Notes under the pieces: model-generated | Seen by the model: only the letters and a program-made list of their open reading frames with translations | Database searches by the model: none | What the model was told of the DNA's origin: nothing | Made by a program: the position numbers and the translations under genes | NCBI GenBank assembly: GCA_043228905.1 | Contig: JBHGNT010000011.1 | Span: forward strand, 11,780,001-11,844,000 | Direction of reading: 5' to 3' | Source of the DNA: Azolla caroliniana | Lineage: Eukaryota > Plantae > Polypodiophyta | Length of the DNA: 64,000 nucleotides | Shown here: positions 56,723 to 64,000 of the stretch, one piece after another | Layout: every line of letters starts with the position of its first letter | Numbering within the stretch: the stretch's first letter is position 1

Positions 56723-59700
56723 TGTTGACATGCCGATAGCCGACAACTGTAACCGATAGACACAATAGGTCGAACATCGACTCCGAACGTTCGGTCAAGA
56801 AGATTGTGGAAGGGAATTAGACACCGCGTATGTGTGTTTAAGTTTTCCATTAAACCTTCATCTCTATTTTCTGTGGTTTGTTGCTATTCGGACGAGCCGA
56901 TTGTCTTAGCTTCCGCATGCAACTCTTTACATGGTATCAGAGCGCGAGGGTTGAGAACCTCTGCTACCGACAAGTGACCTCTACATACAAACCCTAATGC
57001 CCGATAAAGAACTAGAAGGAGAGAATGGATTGAGGAATGGCTAGCTCGCTCCCGACTGAGAAGCTCGATAGATCTTACTATGCATCTTGGTTGTACAAGA
57101 TGAACCAGTACTTGCTCGGGCATGACTATTGGAGTTATGTCTACGGAGCTAACGACACAATACCTGATGTGGCACACAAGAACTTTTCGGCTTGGGAACA
57201 AACGACAAGTAGGGTGATGTACTACTTTGCATCCAATGTCAGAGATTAGCTGCTTAGCTATATCCGGGACACCAAGACACCAAAGGAAGCTTGGGGAAAC
57301 CTGAAAAAGTTCTTCGCAGCAAGCACCACGGCCCGGAAGTTGCAACTTCGACAGGAGTTGAGCAAAGCAATGTTCGGTAGAAGGACATGTCGGTGGCTGA
57401 CTACATGGCCCGGATTAAGGAGATCTGCGATTCCCTTGCCTTCGTCAACGTGATCGTCAAGGATGATGAGATGGTGCAAGTCTGTATTGGGGGCCTAACG
57501 TCAAAGTTCAGAGCATTCTGGGCGACAATATGTAAAAGGGAGAATATGCCTTCGTTTTTCGACTTACAGTCGATGCTCCTTGTAGAGGAGAACCACGCGG
57601 GTGCATCGATGCATACGCACACCGACAACAAGATGTTGTACACAAAAGCAGATAGGCCCCCTGGATGTGGGGATCGAGGCAGATCGGCGCACAATGCAGG
57701 CAGCTGACAAGAGCAGAATCAGAGGCACAAAGATGGTGCCGACAACAGTACCAGATCCTCTGGAAGCAGGGGGAGTCAAGGCGGAGTCGGGAGCCGACAA
57801 GGGAAGACCGCACCAGACTGCTGGTATTGTGATTGGAAAGGCCACAAAGAAAGCGAGTGTTGGAAGAAGAGAGCCAATTCGAACGAAGACGGATTGAGCT
57901 GGAGGCACGCAGATAGGTGCCACCGATTGAACTTTGTTGGAAGCTCGGAGGGAGTCGGGTCAGGACTGGCCCTCATAATGAAGCATAAGGCCAACAAAAT
58001 GGTTGCATCCGACTCAAAGTCAGAGGAAGTTTGGTATGTGGAATCTGAAGCTTCTAACCATATGAAGAACCACAAAGAATGGTTCTCCTTTGTCGAGAAG
58101 ATGGAGAAGTTGGGGGTGGTCGAAACCAGAGACGACACCTCACATCCCATTGAGCATATATCGAGGATGTCCCTCTGAGCCATGTCGGCTAAAAGGGAAT
58201 CATGAGGAATGTCATGCATGTACCGAAGATAACCAAGAACTTGGTGTCGGTCGGTTAGATTGTGGATCAAGGAATGTAGGTCCGATTTACTCACCACAGA
58301 TGCTTCATCGAGGAGGAAGGTTGGATCATCGCGCAAGGGCGCCGAGATGGAAGAAAGTTCATCCTCGAAACCAATAATGTAGGCATCGGTATGTTCGCGA
58401 AAGGACAAAAGGTCGAGTCAGACATCGACTTGTGGCATAACCGGATTGGCCACATCAATTTCTGGAAACTTCAGGAGATGCAGCCAAAACACGTGGTTTT
58501 CGGACTACCGAAGTTCTGTGACTGGAAAGGCCAAATATGTGAAGCTTGCCAACTTGGGAAGTAAAATAGGCTTCCATTTCCCAATGAGAAGAATCAGAGT
58601 CGGAATTGGCTCGATCTCATCCATTTGGATGTGTGGGGACCGACACAAAATGTGAGCATCGGTGGGACTCAATATTTTGTCTCCTTCATCGACGATTTTA
58701 GCCGCCACACTTGGATCTATTTGATCCATTTCCCAATGAGAAGAATCAGAGTCGGAATCGGCTCGATCTCATCCATTTGGATGTGTGGGGACTGACACAA
58801 AATGTGAGCATCAGTGAGAGTCGATATTTTGTCTCTTTCATCGACGATTTTAGCCGTCACACTTGGATCTATTTGATTGAGAAGAAGAACGAAGTCTTCT
58901 CGTGCTTCTGGGACTTAAAGAATTATGTAGAATGAGAAATCGAAAGGAAGATTAAGTGTTTGAGATCGGATGGCGGAAAAGAGTACTTTTCTGGCAAGTT
59001 CAAAAGTTATCTACATACCAAGGGAATCTAATGTGAGTTCTCCTGTAGATACACGCCAGAGAAAAACGACGTGAACAAACGTCAGAATCGGACGTTGGTA
59101 GAAGCGGCAAGGCCGTTGCTAGAAGAGAAGTGCATGCCCCAGATTTATTGGGCCGAAGCAATTGGGACAACCGTCTATATTTAGAATCGAATATCTGCCT
59201 CAGGGACAAAGGTGTCGTTGCATGAATTGTACTTTGAGCGGAAGCCGAATCTAGCGCACCTACGGGCGTTCGGCAACATTGCATATATGCATGTGCCGAA
59301 TGATAAGCAGAAGAAGCTGGATGCCAAAGCAGAGAAGTGCAACTTGGTTGGCTACTCTGACAAGCAGAAGGGGTACAAATGCTACAATCCCCGATCGAAG
59401 CAAGTCTGAGTTAGCTGTGATGTTGTCTTTGACGAATTGGAATCCCAATATTTCTCATCACCCAATCCTGAACCGATTGTTGCGGACGAGGCCATGGATT
59501 CCATAATAGAGGGAAACACATTGGAATTCAAACTCCCGAATAGTCTAACGTCACTCTGGGTCAGTGGAACGAATACGGGCTGGTTGAGTCGGAGTGGTCA
59601 ACCAAATGACGAGTCGGTGAGTTGTGGAGACTCGGCCATGCTCTCTCTGCGCAAGGAATTGATGAGACGGTTCACGCACAAGGAGAAGGGGAAGAAGAAG

Positions 59701-59897
59701 ATGTCGGAATACGACTCCAGTAGGGAAGAGACAGATCAGAGCGAATAGGACTTTGGAAAGAACAAAGATGGTTCTTCGGAAGATAAGTTAGAGTCGGCCA
59801 AGAGGGCCACGAAATCGGTGAACCAGAAGTTGCTCCGATCCACCTGTCAAAAGCACCCTGTAGTTCGATACGGATATAACGAGTATATGGCGCATCA
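56723..59897 (+). mobile_element. Ty1/copia element D (B-related, decayed); 5' LTR 56723-56931, interrupted at 59898 before RT
   Basis: PBS TGGTATCAGAGCGCGAGGGTTGAGAACCTCT is the same as in B. Gag MASSLPTEKLDRSYYASW, protease WYVESEASNHM and integrase remnants are present, plus an internal ~150-bp duplication (58573-58870). Confidence 0.88.
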
Positions 59898-61135
59898 CAG
59901 TGTTGGGCAAAGTCCAAGGAACAATGTTAGCGTTCCAGTTGGGTTGGGACTTTTGTCGGCCAAGGTGGGGGACAACCGGAATTGATTGAGGCCAAGTTTT
60001 CCTACGAACCGGAATCTAACTGGTTCATATTTTTTGAACCGGCTATTTATATAGTTTATGTAAAAATAAAGGTAAAAAAGAAAAGTTTTTATGTATTCTT
60101 CTTGTCTTTCCCCCTTTTTACCCCCTTTTAGTGTTTTTCTCCCTCTCTGTCATCTAATTTCCTGCTCGCTACTCCCGAGTTCCTCCTTGTTGCTCGTTGC
60201 TCCCTCCCCGTTGCTCATTGCTCGTTGCCGTTCCTCCTTCCTCCTTCCTCGTTGTTTGCTAGCAATTGCTTGTTATTCGTTGCTCATTACTCACTGTTCA
60301 CTGTTCACTGCACATTGCCCATTGCTCGTTGCTTATTAGTAATTACTCACTAATCGTTGCTCCTTCCTCGTTGATTGCTGCTTGTCACTCGCTAATTGCC
60401 GCGCGCCACTTGTTGATTGTCGCTTGTCATTCGTTACTCGCCTCTCACCACTCGTTGATTCCCCTACGTTACTTGCGGCTCGTTGATTGTCGCTCGTTAC
60501 TTGCCGCTCACTAGGAGTTGTTCATTGCTTGTCACTCGTTGCTCTCTATTGCGGGGTGACTGCATATTTTTAAGTATTAGGGTCTTGTACCCTCAATCCA
60601 TTTTCTCATATAATTATGTGAATTTCCCATTACCTTGTTTATTTTCCTTCTGTATGTTTTTACTCTAGAATATTCATATTAATAAGTGTAGGCTTCATGT
60701 ACGTAGTGTGATGACAATAAGACCTTAAAACCATTCATAAAATGTAACAATAATGAAGAGATTCATTTTGCAATACATCGCAATGTAGGCTTTCAAGCAA
60801 ACATTCATGTATGTCATTTTCAATTATCAAGTGATTTGATCACTTCTTAAATGTCTCTTAAACATTGTAAGGCAAGGATGTGGGAACATTGTAAAGTATG
60901 TGCATTGGAGAAGAGGGTTGAATCTTCACGCTTCTTTTTAGTGGGTGAACATGAAGTTGTGAAGATGTAAGGGAATTAGGTGTGGAAAGAGATTTGCGCT
61001 TCTTCATCATCATCATCAAGGGGCTACTAGGATAAACAAATTAGACGAATCTGAAATACTATTTACTTATTACAATATAACTAGATGAATCAACAAATTT
61101 GAGATGAGAATGGTTGGCCGTTGGCGGCCAAAGTA
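59898..61135 (+). mobile_element. hAT-like DNA element end inserted in copia D, with a (CTCGTTG/CTCATTG)-rich subterminal array
   Basis: It starts CAGTGTTGGGCAAAG (hAT-type terminus) exactly where the copia sequence stops (YNEYMAHH), and is homologous to 55960-56086. Confidence 0.6.
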
Positions 61136-64000
61136 TGTGATAGGGAAAAGGACGAGCCGGTTTCCAGATATAATAATAATAATCATAATAGTTAAGAATT
61201 ATTATAGGAACGGATGGATCCGGGATAGGTATGTTGATCCAGATCCGGACCAGTTCGTAGCCAGTGGCCGGTTAGACATCGTTTTGTAGCATAGAACCGG
61301 ATGCCTATAAAAGGATCTCGGTGTCAATGTATTAAGGGGACAAAATATTAATATAAGAGAGTTTTGTTATTGTTATATTGTTCATCTTTATGTTTCTATT
61401 TTGTTTTGCGCTCAATGTATGGATCTTACACGTGTAATCTATGTGTGTTGTGAATCCGGATACCGAACCGGAAGATAACCGATCATAGTTGTTAGTGCTG
61501 AATCCCTTACCACCCTTTGGTGAAGTGATCCGAAAGGGCACCTTGTGTTAGAGGCAAGTCTGGTCCATGAGTAACACAATTTTGGCGACCACGATTACTG
61601 TAGCAAGCAACGAACAACGGGGGGATAGATGACTAGGCCAACGAACGACCCAGTTGCCGAACGAGCAAGAAGATTGACGGAGAAATTGTGGACGCGGGAG
61701 CCTTACCAGCAGGCGGTTGAGGAGATACGATCGGATCGATCTTTTTCCAGCGTGATTCGGCGGGTCTCGGTGAAGTCACTCCGGTTATAGTACAATCCGT
61801 ACCCGGACGAAGGAAGCAGTTTGAGGAGTTTGCGGGACGCGGAATCCATCCTGCAGACCCTCGTGACGAGCGAGGGAGATTTAGGAGCGTTCTCGGCTAT
61901 TGAATCGGATTCGGACGGGGAACACAATGTTCATTCCAATTATCAAAGCAATCATGGCACCCGAAAGGCCCGGACGACGATGATTCGGAAAACATACCGA
62001 CGCCAGAACCGGAAACAACAAAACCGGCATCCCCGGTCAATGAAACAAGTTCGGACAAGCAAGGGAAAGAAACGGACGAGCAAGTGCCTACACCACCACA
62101 CAACCAATCGGAGACTCAGGAGGAATGGGCTCCAACACTACCACCCAAGTCACCAAAGAAACAGGAGGAGCGAGTACCGACACCACCTCCGACAGAACCG
62201 ATAGATGACGACACCATGCCATACCAGTATTCGAAATATTGGGATGACCCAAACGCGGAGGCCCATATCTACGCCTTTCTCCAAACATGGGAAGCGAACC
62301 ATGTTTCACAATGGCTGACCGAAGTAGAGACCAAATGCTCGAAGATAGCAGAATTCGGCATGACCCTGGACGGACCGACGGCACGATGGCATAACAAGCA
62401 CCTTCCCGACAATATTGCCACATTTGAAGAAATAAAGACAAAGTTTTTGCGCTTCTTCCATAGACAAGTGGAACAAAGGGAAATCGTTGGTCAGTTCTAT
62501 ACGACACGACAAGGCCCAATAGAAACCGTGCCACAGTTCATCATCCGGTTCCAAACGCTACACAATCAACTCACCAGAGCACCGTCGAAAGAAGTCAAAA
62601 CAATATTTTTGGTAGCTCTTCGAGAACCTCTCCGAACAATGTGCGCAGTAATAGATTTCGGAACCAACACAATAGACCAAGTCATTGACTAGGTCATGGA
62701 AATGGACAAGAACAGTTCTTGGCTAACGATGGGGGCACTCCAATGAGCACTCCCTACCGTAGAAGACCTCCGGTTTCGACATGCCGTCCAATGCACAACG
62801 TGCCTTAACCCCGGTCACTCAAGCGTAGAATGCACAATGAGAACACAATGCATGTTATGTCATTCTTGATCACACACAATGGACAGATGTGAATATAATC
62901 TACTAAACCGACATGCGGCACTAGTTCGGTAGATCGAACCCCGGACCGAGCGGCAAAACGACGAGGAATGGTTCAGGCGAGATGACAGCTACCGAACAAT
63001 ACAAGACGTCCAATACGATGACATACGGGACGGGTATGATTAGGATCGTAATGATAGGAGTTGGGAATACAACCGCGATAGGTATGATCGCGATTACTCC
63101 CCCGACTATAACAGAAGGAGGGATGACCAACGAGGGGAGTATGCAAAACAGCAAGGATATCGGAATAACCGACGCTACAACCGAAGAAGAAACTTCTGAC
63201 GAGACAGAGATAGAAACACAACAGATTCCCAATCAGAGCAACGGAGAATAGAGGAGCCCAACTGAGCGATACCATACATTGAATCAAGTAACACAGAAAA
63301 AGCAGAGTCTAGTAGCATACGGAAAGTGTATTGCTACTATTGTTGGCAAGAAGGACACTATAGTAGTCAGTGTGCGGTCAAGACAAACGACAAACAACCG
63401 GCAGTGAATATGGTGATTGCAGAGGTTGCAGACATTTAGTAGGTCACAACTAGATCGAAAGGAAAAATGTTGGAATGGGAGGCTCAAGAAGCCATTCGGA
63501 AACAGGCCACCAAATGGATAGAGAAGGCCAATGAAAGGAACGTGATTGAATTACGAGAACAAATGAAATTCTCGAAAGAATTGACAAAGACCACGGAGGA
63601 GGACCCAACGTGGCAAGCATTACAAGACTGCCAGATTACGCTACCATTGGGCTGGGTATTACAATTAGTCCCTTGATTCATTGACAGACTGAAATCGGCA
63701 TTGGCATCACCACACTCCACACCGGCTCCGACTTTCTTTTCCAACCTAGAAGAAGGACCAGCGGTCGTGGATACAAGCAACCCGACAATTACGGTCATCA
63801 TTAAAGGACGGGAAGTACCCAAAACAATAGTGGATGGTGGATTGGGAGTGAGCGTCATTAGCAAACGCACATGTGACATGTTGGGAATACAAGAATGGGA
63901 ACCATTTCCATTTTGGCTCTGGATGGCAGATACTAGTTTGGTCCGACCAACCACACTGATCCGGGATTTAGAGGTCACAATCGACAGACATGCATTCCAG
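61136..64000 (+). mobile_element. 5' part of a Ty3/gypsy element (LTR ~61136-61578, PBS TGGCGACCAC at 61583, gag with two CCHC knuckles, protease)
   Basis: Retrotransposon gag (TLDGPTARWH...FEEIKTKFLRFF...QGPIETVPQFIIRF), CTTCLNPGHSSVEC and CMLCHS*SHTMDRC knuckles, and protease IVDGGLGVSVI. Multiple stops. Confidence 0.85.

Overview
AT-rich land-plant genomic DNA with spliceosomal introns; it looks like a seed-free plant, but that is only an impression. Three host genes lie on the minus strand: the first two coding exons of a DDX6/Dhh1-type DEAD-box helicase (RH6/8/12-like, running off the left edge), a complete 9-exon cytoplasmic poly(A)-binding protein (6232-12369, 668 aa) and a complete 8-exon PP2C phosphatase (35775-39652, 285 aa). 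The rest is mostly nested transposons. A triple nest of Ty1/copia elements (A 16452-31399 > B 18908-30160 > C 24353-29713) has a resolvable 5-bp TSD for each, and C has apparently identical LTRs. There are also solo LTRs, a 5'-truncated LINE, and a decayed hAT transposase locus interrupted by a solo LTR and by a 4.3-kb Mutator-like element (9-bp TSD, ~157-bp TIRs). A further copia is cut by a hAT-like end, and the window closes with the 5' half of a Ty3/gypsy element. The most notable item is the Mutator-like element: a transposase-less Pack-MULE-like unit carrying the last two exons plus intron of a PIFI-like chloroplast gene, other same-strand exon-like pieces downstream of a TIR, and tandem arrays built from its own TIR motif. 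Also notable are a ~220-codon post-RNase H extension between duplicated polypurine tracts in copia B, strong CCGG enrichment in the young retroelements, an A-rich leader in the PABP 5' UTR, and an in-frame uORF abutting the DDX6 start codon. All coordinates and counts were made by hand.
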